From a virus: a stretch of DNA of 64,000 nt. A model generated the notes under the pieces. It searched no databases and was not told the DNA's origin. It worked only from the letters and a program-made list of their open reading frames with translations. Below are positions 41,204 through 50,064 of this stretch, in pieces (within the stretch, counting starts at the first letter, position 1; each line of letters begins with the position of its first letter). Position numbers and translations under genes: made by a program. The stretch spans positions 13,864 to 77,863 of IMG/VR virus record IMGVR_UViG_3300028115_001816; one strand, given 5' to 3'.

Positions 41204-41616
41204 GTTTTGATTGGAAAAAACCCACAGTACAAATGCTTGGTAGATGGCAACCCTGGCATGAAGGACATACACAATTGTTTGAACGTGCAATAGAGATAAC
41301 AGGACAAGTTTGTATTATGGTTCGTGATGTAGGTGGAATAATTGGCGAAGATGCAGGTGCAGGAAGAACAATAAAACAAGATGATAATCCTTTTGATTTT
41401 GATAAAGTTTCTGAAGATATTGCAGGAAAATTATTTACCAGAGGATATATAATAGGTGAAGAATTTGAAGTAATGCTAGTTCCTAATATTGTAGATATTA
41501 GTTACGGAAGAGGTGTAGGTTATACATTTACAGAACATGACTTAGGAGAACGTGTTCATAATATTAGTGCAACTAAAATAAGAAAAGAAATGAGAGAAAA
41601 TGGTGAATTGGATTAG
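41200..41616 (+). CDS. HxGH nucleotidyltransferase (cytidylyltransferase/NMNAT-like)
   Basis: LGRWQPWHEGH, DNPF, ISATKIR. Confidence 0.8.
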   Translation: MSFDWKKPTVQMLGRWQPWHEGHTQLFERAIEITGQVCIMVRDVGGIIGEDAGAGRTIKQDDNPFDFDKVSEDIAGKLFTRGYIIGEEFEVMLVPNIVDISYGRGVGYTFTEHDLGERVHNISATKIRKEMRENGELD

Positions 41617-41632
41617 AAATATTAAATAAGGT

Positions 41633-42352
41633 ATGTATTACGGAAACGATATTCTAATGTCCTTTGTAGAATATTCTGGCGGAAAATTTGTAAAAAATTG
41701 TATTTGTTTAAGTAAATATTTTTTATTCAATTCTAAAGATAAAGATTTAGAATACCTTATTAATAATCCCGAAGATTATCAATATAAACTCAAATGTATT
41801 TTAAGTACTTTGCCAAAAAAAGAAAATATGAAACATTGGAGGACATACGAATTTGGAGAAATAGATAGGAATAGTACAATTTTTTTGCTTGCTAAGAAAA
41901 AAGGATTTAGATTTGCAAGAACTATGCATAGTTTTAGTAAAGATCTTTTAAATCTTTGCAAAGATGCAGTTATAATTAAACTTATAAATTACGAAAAATT
42001 TAGAGATATTGCTAGTAAACTAAAACATGCAAATTTAAAAGAAACTGACGAATGTGAAAGCAAGTATAAAATAGTAGCAGGTGATGACTGGCCTTCATTT
42101 CAAAAATTACAAAGTTCAGGCTTTAATACAAAATTTTTAGAGATTACAGATCAAAATATATTAGAAGATATTCATAAATATTATCAATTTGGTACCATAG
42201 AAAATAAAATGTTTTTGTATGATAAAGATAAAATTTTTAATATGTCGGATTTTATGAGTCAAATGAAAAAATTATATGAGTATTTAAATCTAGATGATTT
42301 CAACGAGGAGTTGGTTTCGGTGTATTATACAGAATATATGAAATTACATTAG
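41633..42352 (+). CDS. Hypothetical protein, possibly sulfotransferase-like
   Basis: YSGGKFV N-terminal loop similar to 62361-63194; next to the APS kinase. Confidence 0.4.
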   Translation: MYYGNDILMSFVEYSGGKFVKNCICLSKYFLFNSKDKDLEYLINNPEDYQYKLKCILSTLPKKENMKHWRTYEFGEIDRNSTIFLLAKKKGFRFARTMHSFSKDLLNLCKDAVIIKLINYEKFRDIASKLKHANLKETDECESKYKIVAGDDWPSFQKLQSSGFNTKFLEITDQNILEDIHKYYQFGTIENKMFLYDKDKIFNMSDFMSQMKKLYEYLNLDDFNEELVSVYYTEYMKLH

Positions 42353-42363
42353 GAAATAAGAAA

Positions 42364-42468
42364 ATGATAAATTGGGTCAAAAGTATTATTAATAAAATTA
42401 AACTTGAAATACGCTATAGAAAGCGTTTGAAAGAATTAAGAAAAAGGGATCCATTTATATACAAATGA
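42364..42468 (+). CDS. Small protein (34 aa, MINWVKSIINKIKLEIRYRKRLKELRKRDPFIYK), not in the ORF track
   Basis: Translated by hand; AGGA upstream; its TGA overlaps the carbamoyltransferase ATG (ATGA). Confidence 0.75.
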   Translation: MINWVKSIINKIKLEIRYRKRLKELRKRDPFIYK

Positions 42469-43979
42469 TATTAGGACTAAGTGCAGGCTTTCATGATGCT
42501 GGAGCCACGTTAATTGATAAAAGTGGAAATATAAGGTTTGCAGGACATGCAGAACGTTATAGCGGTGTAAAGAATGATGCAAATTTAAACCAACAGCTTG
42601 TTGATGATGCACTAAGTTATGGTAAGCCTACAAGTATTGCTTGGTACGAAAATACATGGCTAAAAAGAACACGTCAACTTTACAGTGGTGAATGGCGAAA
42701 AGCAATTGACTTTAATACAAGTCCTAAAAAACTAGTAATGCCATATTTTAAGCAAACAGGACTTCTTCCAAAAACACAAAAGTTATCTATAAAAAGTTAT
42801 TCACATCACAAATGTCATGCTGCCGCAGGTTTTCAGACAAGTCCATTTAAAGAAGCAATAGCCATAGTAGTAGATGCTATTGGTGAATGGGATACAATTA
42901 GTGTTTGGAAATGTAGTTACAAACCTGTATACTTAGGAAGACCAATTGCACAGTATAAAAAAATATGGCATCAAGTATATCCACACAGTATAGGACTTTA
43001 TTATAGTGCAATTACAAAGTACATAGGACTTAAACCTATGGAAGATGAATATATTACAATGGGTATGGCAGCATATGGAAAGGCATATTTAAAAGCATAT
43101 GAAGATAATTTAAAACTTGTACATGATGAAAAAGAAATACTGTTCACACAAAATATGCACATAGGTTTAGAGGACGACTATTTTGTAGGTACTGGTTGCG
43201 ATAAATTTGATATTGCTTCTGGTGCTCAGAAAGTAGTTGAGCAATTATTAAGAGGATTGTTTGAACGTTTTGCTACAAGGCAAACGAACGTCGTATTCAT
43301 GGGCGGAGTAGCACTTAATTGTGTTGCAAATTCTATGCTAGAAAGTCATTGTAAAGACTTATGGATTATGCCTAATCCTGGAGATTGTGGAAGTAGTTTA
43401 GGTGCGGCAGCTTTGCAATGGGGTAAAAAGTTGCATTGGCGAGGACCATACTTAGGACACAACATACCAGGTGAGTATCCAGTAGATGCTATTATTGGTG
43501 GTTTGATTAGTAATAAAATTGTAGGAGTAGCAAGTGGTAGAGCAGAGTTTGGACCACGTGCATTAGGCACAAGAAGTTTACTAGCAGATCCACGTGGTGA
43601 AGACATAAAAGACAAAGTAAATAGTATAAAGAAAAGACAAAAATTTAGACCATTTGCTCCTATGATTCTTGAAGAACATTTTAAAGATGAATTTGTAGTT
43701 TACAAAAAAGACAAAGAACCTTATATGCAAAGTGTTTACAAATGTAAACATCCGGAGTTATATCCAGCAATAGTACACAAAGATGGAACAAGTAGAGTAC
43801 AAACTGTAGGAAAAAATGATCATCCAGATGTACGAGCATTGTTAGAAAAGTGGTATTTTATGACAGGTTGTCCTATGTTGTTAAACACAAGTTTAAATAT
43901 AAAAGGTGAACCTATGGTAAACAATCGTGCTGATGCAGATAGATTTCAAAAAAAGTATAATGTAAAGGTATATAGTTAA
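42465..43979 (+). CDS. Carbamoyltransferase, NodU/CmcH family
   Basis: FHDAGA, ERYSGVKND, HHKCHAA, DAIGE, MGMAAYG, GGVALNC, EFGPRALG.RS, KRQKFRPFAP, LLNTSLN. Confidence 0.95.
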   Translation: MILGLSAGFHDAGATLIDKSGNIRFAGHAERYSGVKNDANLNQQLVDDALSYGKPTSIAWYENTWLKRTRQLYSGEWRKAIDFNTSPKKLVMPYFKQTGLLPKTQKLSIKSYSHHKCHAAAGFQTSPFKEAIAIVVDAIGEWDTISVWKCSYKPVYLGRPIAQYKKIWHQVYPHSIGLYYSAITKYIGLKPMEDEYITMGMAAYGKAYLKAYEDNLKLVHDEKEILFTQNMHIGLEDDYFVGTGCDKFDIASGAQKVVEQLLRGLFERFATRQTNVVFMGGVALNCVANSMLESHCKDLWIMPNPGDCGSSLGAAALQWGKKLHWRGPYLGHNIPGEYPVDAIIGGLISNKIVGVASGRAEFGPRALGTRSLLADPRGEDIKDKVNSIKKRQKFRPFAPMILEEHFKDEFVVYKKDKEPYMQSVYKCKHPELYPAIVHKDGTSRVQTVGKNDHPDVRALLEKWYFMTGCPMLLNTSLNIKGEPMVNNRADADRFQKKYNVKVYS

Positions 43980-44294
43980 ATGGTAGATGAAAACGAATTA
44001 AGACAAAGAGTAATTGAATCACTACAAACAGTGTACGATCCTGAAATGCCCAGTGTAAGTGTATATGATTTAGGACTTATATATAAAATAGAAATAAAAG
44101 ATGACTGGGTTGGCATAGAACACACACTTACCAGTATGGCTTGTCCTTTTGCTGATCAAATTTGTGCAGACATAGAAAATGCAGTAATGACCACACCTGG
44201 TGTTCGTGCTATTGATAGACAGTTGGTATTTGAACCTACATTTACAATGGAAATGGTTCCTGAAGAAACTAAACTAATTATGGGATGGTACTAA
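43980..44294 (+). CDS. DUF59 / SufT-PaaD-like Fe-S cluster maturation protein
   Basis: VYDPEM..SVYDLGLIY...TLTSMACP. Confidence 0.9.
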   Translation: MVDENELRQRVIESLQTVYDPEMPSVSVYDLGLIYKIEIKDDWVGIEHTLTSMACPFADQICADIENAVMTTPGVRAIDRQLVFEPTFTMEMVPEETKLIMGWY

Positions 44295-44401
44295 TGGATA
44301 CTAGAATGCTATTTGGCTTACTTGCATTACCGTTACTTGCATATATTGGATACTATGTTGGTTTAGAGCTTTGGTGCTATGCATATGGACTTTTGTATTA
44401 A
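44294..44401 (+). CDS. Small membrane peptide (35 aa, MDTRMLFGLLALPLLAYIGYYVGLELWCYAYGLLY), not in the ORF track
   Basis: TAATG overlap with the upstream stop; fills the gap to 44405. Confidence 0.6.
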   Translation: MDTRMLFGLLALPLLAYIGYYVGLELWCYAYGLLY

Positions 44402-44404
44402 TTA

Positions 44405-45646
44405 ATGTTCGATATTTATTGTATGCAAATGGGTGGTAAAACAAGTCTGCCAAAACATACACAATATACCAGATATAATAATACTCATTTAGCAACTATA
44501 AAACGTATAGTTGAAAAAGCTCAGACTGAATACGTATGGGTTGTAAGTGATTTATGTGACTATACAGATTTTGATTTCACATGGCAACCTGTTCCTTGGG
44601 AAGCAGATCAAATACATTGTTGGGCAAGTAACAATCAACAGTATGGTGATACTTTTTTGATACCTGTAAGTGCGTTTAAGCGTCAAGCAGACACCCTAAA
44701 AGTATTAGGCTGGTACAAACATATAAATTGGCATAGTGATGGTGTAAAACGGACTACATTAGGCAACATGTATGACTGGATTCATTATAGTGATGCACGT
44801 TTTGAATTTACTCCTAATTTATGGGAAAAACGCATTCTACATAGTTTTGGAAAGAATGGTAGCGTACTACTAGTGCCTAGAGACTGTAAACAGTATTTTA
44901 GGACACAATATTATGACTATCCCTATATATTGCGTCATACTGACTGGAATGTAAACGAAAAACCACAAGATATAGTGTTCATTAGTTATGACGAAAAAAA
45001 CGCCGATTTAAACTATAATATACTTAAAAAACAGCATTCGAGAACTAAAAGATTACATGGTATAAAAGGTATGGAAAATGCTTTGTATGAAGCAGCTATG
45101 CTAAGTGATACAGATTGGTTTTTTGCAGTATTTGCAAAAACACTTATACATGAAAATTTTGATTTTAGTTACTTGCCTGATAGACTACAAGGCAATAAGC
45201 ATTATATCTTTAATTGTAAAAATACAGTAAACGATTTAGAATATGGACATATGGGGATAATTCTCTATAATAAACAAATGATTATAGAAAGTCATGACTA
45301 TGAAAAGTTAGGCTTAGATTATACTATGAGTCATAGGCATGATGTCGTGCCTGAGGTAAGTTGTTATGGAGTTTTCAACACAAGTGCTTTTGAAACATGG
45401 CGAAGTGCATTTAGAGAAACAATAAAACTTGCACAACAACTAGATGAAAAACCTACAATAGAAACCAGATATAGATTAAAAGTTTGGTGTACAAAAGCAC
45501 AAGGTGACTTTGCAGAATATTGCACTGCAGGTGCTAATCATGGAGTTGAGTTTTATAACCAATATAAAAATGATATGCAAGAATTAAAGAAAACTTTTAG
45601 ATGGGATTGGTTGCAATCTTATTTTGATAACAAGTTTTTAACTTGA
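44405..45646 (+). CDS. Two-domain GT-A glycosyltransferase-like protein (SYDE family)
   Basis: DIVFISYDE...LHGIKG...TWRSAFRETIK; N-terminal half contains a degenerate repeat (EYVWVVSD..DY.DFDF). Confidence 0.55.
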   Translation: MFDIYCMQMGGKTSLPKHTQYTRYNNTHLATIKRIVEKAQTEYVWVVSDLCDYTDFDFTWQPVPWEADQIHCWASNNQQYGDTFLIPVSAFKRQADTLKVLGWYKHINWHSDGVKRTTLGNMYDWIHYSDARFEFTPNLWEKRILHSFGKNGSVLLVPRDCKQYFRTQYYDYPYILRHTDWNVNEKPQDIVFISYDEKNADLNYNILKKQHSRTKRLHGIKGMENALYEAAMLSDTDWFFAVFAKTLIHENFDFSYLPDRLQGNKHYIFNCKNTVNDLEYGHMGIILYNKQMIIESHDYEKLGLDYTMSHRHDVVPEVSCYGVFNTSAFETWRSAFRETIKLAQQLDEKPTIETRYRLKVWCTKAQGDFAEYCTAGANHGVEFYNQYKNDMQELKKTFRWDWLQSYFDNKFLT

Positions 45647-46470
45647 TCAACAGTGTCTGCTACTGCTAATGCACTATTGATATTTGTAGTTGGTTGTTTT
45701 CTGCTTTTAACACAATTTATAAAATGTTCTAATTCGTATTCTAAAGGTGATTTATCATAGTCATAAATGTAAACTGTTGGTGATACGGCTATGGCTCTGT
45801 TGTCTGTAACACGGTTGAGATAGTGTGTAACAGTATTTTGATCTTGGTCCCAAACTATTTGTCCCTTTGTTCCTAGTATAGTTGTCCTACGTATTCTTGT
45901 AGGCGAATACCAACTTACATCAATGTCAAATCGTTCTCCTGAAAACCATACTCTATCAGGATTTGTTTGGCTAGTAAAATTAAACTGCCTTGCCACTGTA
46001 GGTTTAATAGTGCCTATCAATTCTTGCACTATTGAAATATCATGCACTGCTAAACTTAACAGTGGATCTGTTTTTGTTTGATATATCCCCCAATTTGATC
46101 TTTCACTACTAACATGTATGATTTCACCAATGTCAATATTTGTTATCTTTTCCATCTGTGGATGATGTATAAAGATATGTCCAACCATCAGTATATGATT
46201 GTCAACTATTCTTGCTATATGTTCTAATTGTTCTTCTGTTTCTGCCATTGGTTTTTCAACATAAACATCATGACCTCTGCTTAAAAGTTCTACAGTCTGT
46301 TCATAGTGTTGCCATAATGGAGTTGCAAGTATTACTGGGTCAGTGTTTTTGATATCGTCAATTGTTTGTCCATTTTTAATATCAATTATGTTTGTGCTTA
46401 CACCAAGTTTTTGCAAACTTTGGTCAACTTTACTTCCCCAATAACCTGCACCAACTAAATTTACTTTCAT
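45619..46470 (-). CDS. Gfo/Idh/MocA oxidoreductase (WbpB-like sugar dehydrogenase)
   Basis: VGAGYWG, ATP...H, VYVEKPM, MVGH, LAVHD. Confidence 0.9.
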   Translation of the reverse strand: MKVNLVGAGYWGSKVDQSLQKLGVSTNIIDIKNGQTIDDIKNTDPVILATPLWQHYEQTVELLSRGHDVYVEKPMAETEEQLEHIARIVDNHILMVGHIFIHHPQMEKITNIDIGEIIHVSSERSNWGIYQTKTDPLLSLAVHDISIVQELIGTIKPTVARQFNFTSQTNPDRVWFSGERFDIDVSWYSPTRIRRTTILGTKGQIVWDQDQNTVTHYLNRVTDNRAIAVSPTVYIYDYDKSPLEYELEHFINCVKSRKQPTTNINSALAVADTVDQVKNLLSK

Positions 46471-47546
46471 CGTACTTTTATAACCTTTTGTGCTATATAT
46501 TCTACTTGTGAGTCTGTAAGACTTGGATAAACAGGTATACTAAAAATTTCATTACTAAGTTTTTCTGTATTAGGCAAGTTTTTATGCCAGGGAGCAAATG
46601 CTGGTGTAGAGTGTGCAGGGTTTGCATAATGAATATTTGTTTGTATACCGTGTTCTAATAATTCATTTCTTATTCTATCTCTATTTTCATGTTGTAACAC
46701 ATAAACATAATAACTATGTTGTCCCCAACCTAATTCTTGCATTCTAGTATAATAATTTTTAAATTGCTCATTGTAGTATTGTGCAATTTGGTATTTTCGA
46801 TCTAGCCATCCTTGTAAGTAAGGAAGTTTGGCTTGTACTACCTTTGCTTGAATATTATCAATACGAGCATTATAACCTAAGTATTCGTATACGTATTTTG
46901 TATCTCTACCGTGGTTGCTATAGTACCTTGCTAAGTCTACTAAATCCTTGCGACCAGTAACACATCCTGCATCACCTATTGCTCCTAAATTTTTTACAGG
47001 ATTAAAACTAATACACGTCAAATCTGCTAAACTGCCTACTCGTCTATTTTTATATTTGTATCCAAAAGATTGAGCAGCATCCGCAATAGCAAAAATATTG
47101 TGTTTTCTACATAGAGATACTAATGCATCACAATCAGGAGTTTGACCATATAAATCTACCCATAATATTGCTTTAGTTTTATCTGTAATTAAACTTTCTG
47201 CTTGTGCAATATCTATAAGTCCTGTGGTTTCATCTACATCACAAAAAACTGGAGTAGCACCTACTGTGCATACTGCTTCAGGAGTACTTACAAAAGTATG
47301 ACTTACAGTAATTACTTCATCGCCTGGGCCTATTCCACATGCTTTTAAACTTATTTGTAATGCAGTAGTGCCAGAACCACATGCACTACAACCTTCTGCA
47401 CCTGTATATTCAGCAAATATTTTTTCAAACTCTGTAACATCAGGACCTGTAATAAAACTATTATTTTCCAAACAATGTTTTATTGCTTGGTCAATTTCTG
47501 TTTTACATTCTTGATATTCAGATTGTAAATCTGTAAATGTTATCAT
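46467..47546 (-). CDS. DegT/DnrJ/EryC1/StrS sugar aminotransferase
   Basis: SGTTAL, GPGDEVI, DAAQS, SFNPVKNLGAIGDAG (PLP lysine), GYNARID. Confidence 0.95.
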   Translation of the reverse strand: MITFTDLQSEYQECKTEIDQAIKHCLENNSFITGPDVTEFEKIFAEYTGAEGCSACGSGTTALQISLKACGIGPGDEVITVSHTFVSTPEAVCTVGATPVFCDVDETTGLIDIAQAESLITDKTKAILWVDLYGQTPDCDALVSLCRKHNIFAIADAAQSFGYKYKNRRVGSLADLTCISFNPVKNLGAIGDAGCVTGRKDLVDLARYYSNHGRDTKYVYEYLGYNARIDNIQAKVVQAKLPYLQGWLDRKYQIAQYYNEQFKNYYTRMQELGWGQHSYYVYVLQHENRDRIRNELLEHGIQTNIHYANPAHSTPAFAPWHKNLPNTEKLSNEIFSIPVYPSLTDSQVEYIAQKVIKVR

Positions 47547-48415
47547 AGTCTACTTAGAACTTCATCTAATCCTTGTGTCAGAGAAAATTTAGGACTGTAA
47601 CCTAATTCTGTTTTTGCTTTAGTAATATCTAATGTGCCTCTTGTGGGATAATTATCAGGTACTGGTTCAGCAGTATAATTAGGTTTCTTGTTTAGTTTTT
47701 TATACAACATATTTGTAAAATTTTCAAGTGTATGTGCTTCGCTTCTAGTAATATTATAAATTTGATTATTAGCACCGTTTTCACATATTAGTTGTAAGCC
47801 TTGGATAACATCATCCACATGAGTAAAATCAAATAGGTTATCTGCACCTTTTAGTACTATAGGTTGATTGTTCATAATTTTGTTTATAAAAAGTTGCGTA
47901 ACACGTTTACGATTATCACCATAACCATATACTGCACTTGGTCTTACTATTGTATAATTGTTATGGAACTGCTTTACTATGCCTTCTCCTAGTAATTTTA
48001 GTTGTCCATATATATTGTTAGGAGATGCTAAGTCTTTCTCAGACATGGATTCTTTTGTCCAGTTACCGTATACCATACTACTGCTTATGTAAATAAAGTG
48101 ACTGTCTTGATACTGTCTTATGGCTCTGCTTAATCCTTGAGTTCCAGTACGATATGCTTCTTTGGGATTTTGTATAACACTTGCTAGATTTGGTCTAGCT
48201 GCTAAAAAAATAACTGTATCAAATTCTAAGGGTGTATTTGCAATACGATATATTTTGCCTCTTGGAATATCTAAATTTATATTTTGATCACTTAATAAAT
48301 CAAATGTTGAACAATCGTATTTTTCATTGGATAGTTCTATAAAGCGACTGCCTATAAATCCTTCTCCGCCTATTAGTAATATTTTATCCAAAGTATACCT
48401 CATATAATACACCAA
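47543..48415 (-). CDS. NAD-dependent epimerase/dehydratase (extended SDR); true start probably TTG near 48391
   Basis: IGGEGFIG, SSSMVYG, YGQLK, RPSAVYG, DFTHVDD. Confidence 0.9.
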   Translation of the reverse strand: MVYYMRYTLDKILLIGGEGFIGSRFIELSNEKYDCSTFDLLSDQNINLDIPRGKIYRIANTPLEFDTVIFLAARPNLASVIQNPKEAYRTGTQGLSRAIRQYQDSHFIYISSSMVYGNWTKESMSEKDLASPNNIYGQLKLLGEGIVKQFHNNYTIVRPSAVYGYGDNRKRVTQLFINKIMNNQPIVLKGADNLFDFTHVDDVIQGLQLICENGANNQIYNITRSEAHTLENFTNMLYKKLNKKPNYTAEPVPDNYPTRGTLDITKAKTELGYSPKFSLTQGLDEVLSRL

Positions 48416-48476
48416 TTACTACTGCACATATTACACAGTTCAATAAGTGTAGTGCTATATAATCACTAGGTTTCAT
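48384..48476 (-). CDS. Small hydrophobic peptide (30 aa, MKPSDYIALHLLNCVICAVVIGVLYEVYFG)
   Basis: Hand-translated; overlaps both neighbours. Confidence 0.45.
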   Translation of the reverse strand: MKPSDYIALHLLNCVICAVVIGVLYEVYFG

Positions 48477-48618
48477 TTTTATCTCTTGGGAAATATACTA
48501 CTGCCACACTACCACATGTTGCACAACTAAAATTACTTTCTATTACAAACTCAGGATCGTCATCTAAGTCTTGGTCACCACCCCAGATAAGTTCGTCTTG
48601 ACAATGCCAGCAGTTCAC
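48466..48618 (-). CDS. Small Zn-ribbon protein (50 aa, CWHC...CATC)
   Basis: GTG start; two CxxC pairs flanking an acidic loop. Confidence 0.7.
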   Translation of the reverse strand: MNCWHCQDELIWGGDQDLDDDPEFVIESNFSCATCGSVAVVYFPRDKNET

Positions 48619-48619
48619 T

Positions 48620-48730
48620 CTAAAAGAATCCTAATAAAGACATTGCGACTGCCCAACCTATTATTACAATACCAATGTTTGCTATCCACTTATGCCAAAA
48701 GTTTGGATCATTGTCATTTAATTTAAACAT
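48620..48730 (-). CDS. Small membrane peptide (36 aa, MFKLNDNDPNFWHKWIANIGIVIIGWAVAMSLLGFF)
   Basis: Hand-translated; fills the intergenic gap; one TM helix. Confidence 0.55.
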   Translation of the reverse strand: MFKLNDNDPNFWHKWIANIGIVIIGWAVAMSLLGFF

Positions 48731-48940
48731 TTAATTAGCCTCGTTTATATTGTAAGTTTTTATAGTATCCTCAGTCATTATGCCTGTACGAAAGTTTTCT
48801 ATAGCATCTTCTACATAATACATACTTTTGTCACTGTAGTCAACCAAACCTAACATTTTTCCGTCTTGATAAAATTCTACGTATACTTTGTCACCAACAC
48901 GTTTAATTTTAGTATCACGATTTTCCATAATGTCAGTCAT
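48731..48940 (-). CDS. Hypothetical protein (about 69 aa from MTDIMENR)
   Basis: GGAG RBS before this ATG; the track ORF is over-extended to 49036. Confidence 0.6.
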   Translation of the reverse strand: MTDIMENRDTKIKRVGDKVYVEFYQDGKMLGLVDYSDKSMYYVEDAIENFRTGIMTEDTIKTYNINEAN

Positions 48941-49176
48941 TTGTTCTCCTGTATTTTTTTGTAGATTGAATGTAAAATATAAAACCAAACACCATTTATA
49001 GCAGGTTCTACAAGTGCTACTGCACCAGCCTCCCACAAACTTGCTCCAGTCATAACACTTACAACAGTCATAGCAATTAATACATGACCCAGTGTATAGA
49101 TAAGTGCAAGAGTAAGACTGCTGCCTTTGATTACATGTTTAAGAAAATTATAAGCACCTTGTGTAAATTCGGTCAT
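48937..49176 (-). CDS. DUF2061-like small membrane protein
   Basis: Two hydrophobic helices; ALVEP..N..WFYILH. Confidence 0.6.
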   Translation of the reverse strand: MTEFTQGAYNFLKHVIKGSSLTLALIYTLGHVLIAMTVVSVMTGASLWEAGAVALVEPAINGVWFYILHSIYKKIQENK

Positions 49177-49391
49177 TATTCATCTCCGACTAAATCTCTT
49201 TGCTTGTCTTTGTACTCTAAATATTTCTCAAAAACTTGTTCTGGCTGAAGTTCTTTACTTTCCATGTAACGTATTGCATCACCTGCTCGTTTTACAACCC
49301 CCATTCTTACTAAGTATGAACAAGCAATTATAAAATCGTTTTTGCTACAATTTAACTTATTGATTAAATCTGCAGGATGTTTTGCTCCCAT
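49176..49391 (-). CDS. Hypothetical protein (71 aa)
   Basis: AGGAG RBS; coupled to the downstream gene. Confidence 0.65.
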   Translation of the reverse strand: MGAKHPADLINKLNCSKNDFIIACSYLVRMGVVKRAGDAIRYMESKELQPEQVFEKYLEYKDKQRDLVGDE

Positions 49392-49401
49392 ATTTTACTC
49401 C

Positions 49402-50064
49402 TTAAAGAGTTTTTGCTAAAGGAAATATTTCTGCTATTACTTTAGCACATTCATGAGCAATTTCCATATGCTCTTTTTGTGTACCGTTTGCACCACGTAG
49501 TTCTATATAATGGAACCAACTTCTTAGTGTACCATTCATGTATAGTGTTGTAGTTGTAATACCTTCTGGTAATACTTTACGAGCCTGTTCTTTAGCAATG
49601 CCATTACCTATTGCCCAGTCATAGGTTTCTTTGGCAATATCTGCTACTGCTTTTTGTCGTTTATTCCAATTAGCCTGTAAAACCGCATCATCTACTTCTA
49701 TACTATTTTGTCTATTTTTAGTATCTTGTAGTCTTGCTTCACTATATTCAAATAGTTCACCTTGTAAATCTGGATCAGCATAACGTTGACTGAATTCTTG
49801 AAAACTAAAACTTCTGTGTCTTACAATCTGATGTGCAATATCACGAGTTGTTTTTATTTCCAAACATGCACTAACCATTTCTAATGGTGACCAATGTTGA
49901 TGTTTTATTAAGTACCTAATAAGTTTTTCACTTGTTTCTGTATTGATTTGTGCAGTAGGATTACTTACTCTAGCACAGAATGCAATTAATTCCTGTACGT
50001 CATCTATACCTTCTGCTTCATATTCTGAAGCAGGTTTGCTATAACTTACTAATTTTACTTTCAT
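49402..50064 (-). CDS. thyX: FAD-dependent thymidylate synthase
   Basis: HWSPLEM; RHRSFSFQEFSQRY ThyX signature; EQARKVLP. Confidence 0.97.
   Translation of the reverse strand: MKVKLVSYSKPASEYEAEGIDDVQELIAFCARVSNPTAQINTETSEKLIRYLIKHQHWSPLEMVSACLEIKTTRDIAHQIVRHRSFSFQEFSQRYADPDLQGELFEYSEARLQDTKNRQNSIEVDDAVLQANWNKRQKAVADIAKETYDWAIGNGIAKEQARKVLPEGITTTTLYMNGTLRSWFHYIELRGANGTQKEHMEIAHECAKVIAEIFPLAKTL

Noticed and set aside
27225-44401. RiPP cluster (rSAM-SPASM plus precursor peptide)
   Set aside because: No RRE/PqqD domain, peptidase or exporter recognised; the small ORFs look like an accessory peptide and a TM helix; the context is sugar chemistry. Not strictly excluded
23179-48415. Host LPS/capsule locus misassembled into the phage, or a prophage boundary
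   Set aside because: Composition and overlapping-gene style look continuous with the flanks; no wzx/wzy/ABC genes, integrase or att-like repeats seen. Read mapping would be the decisive test
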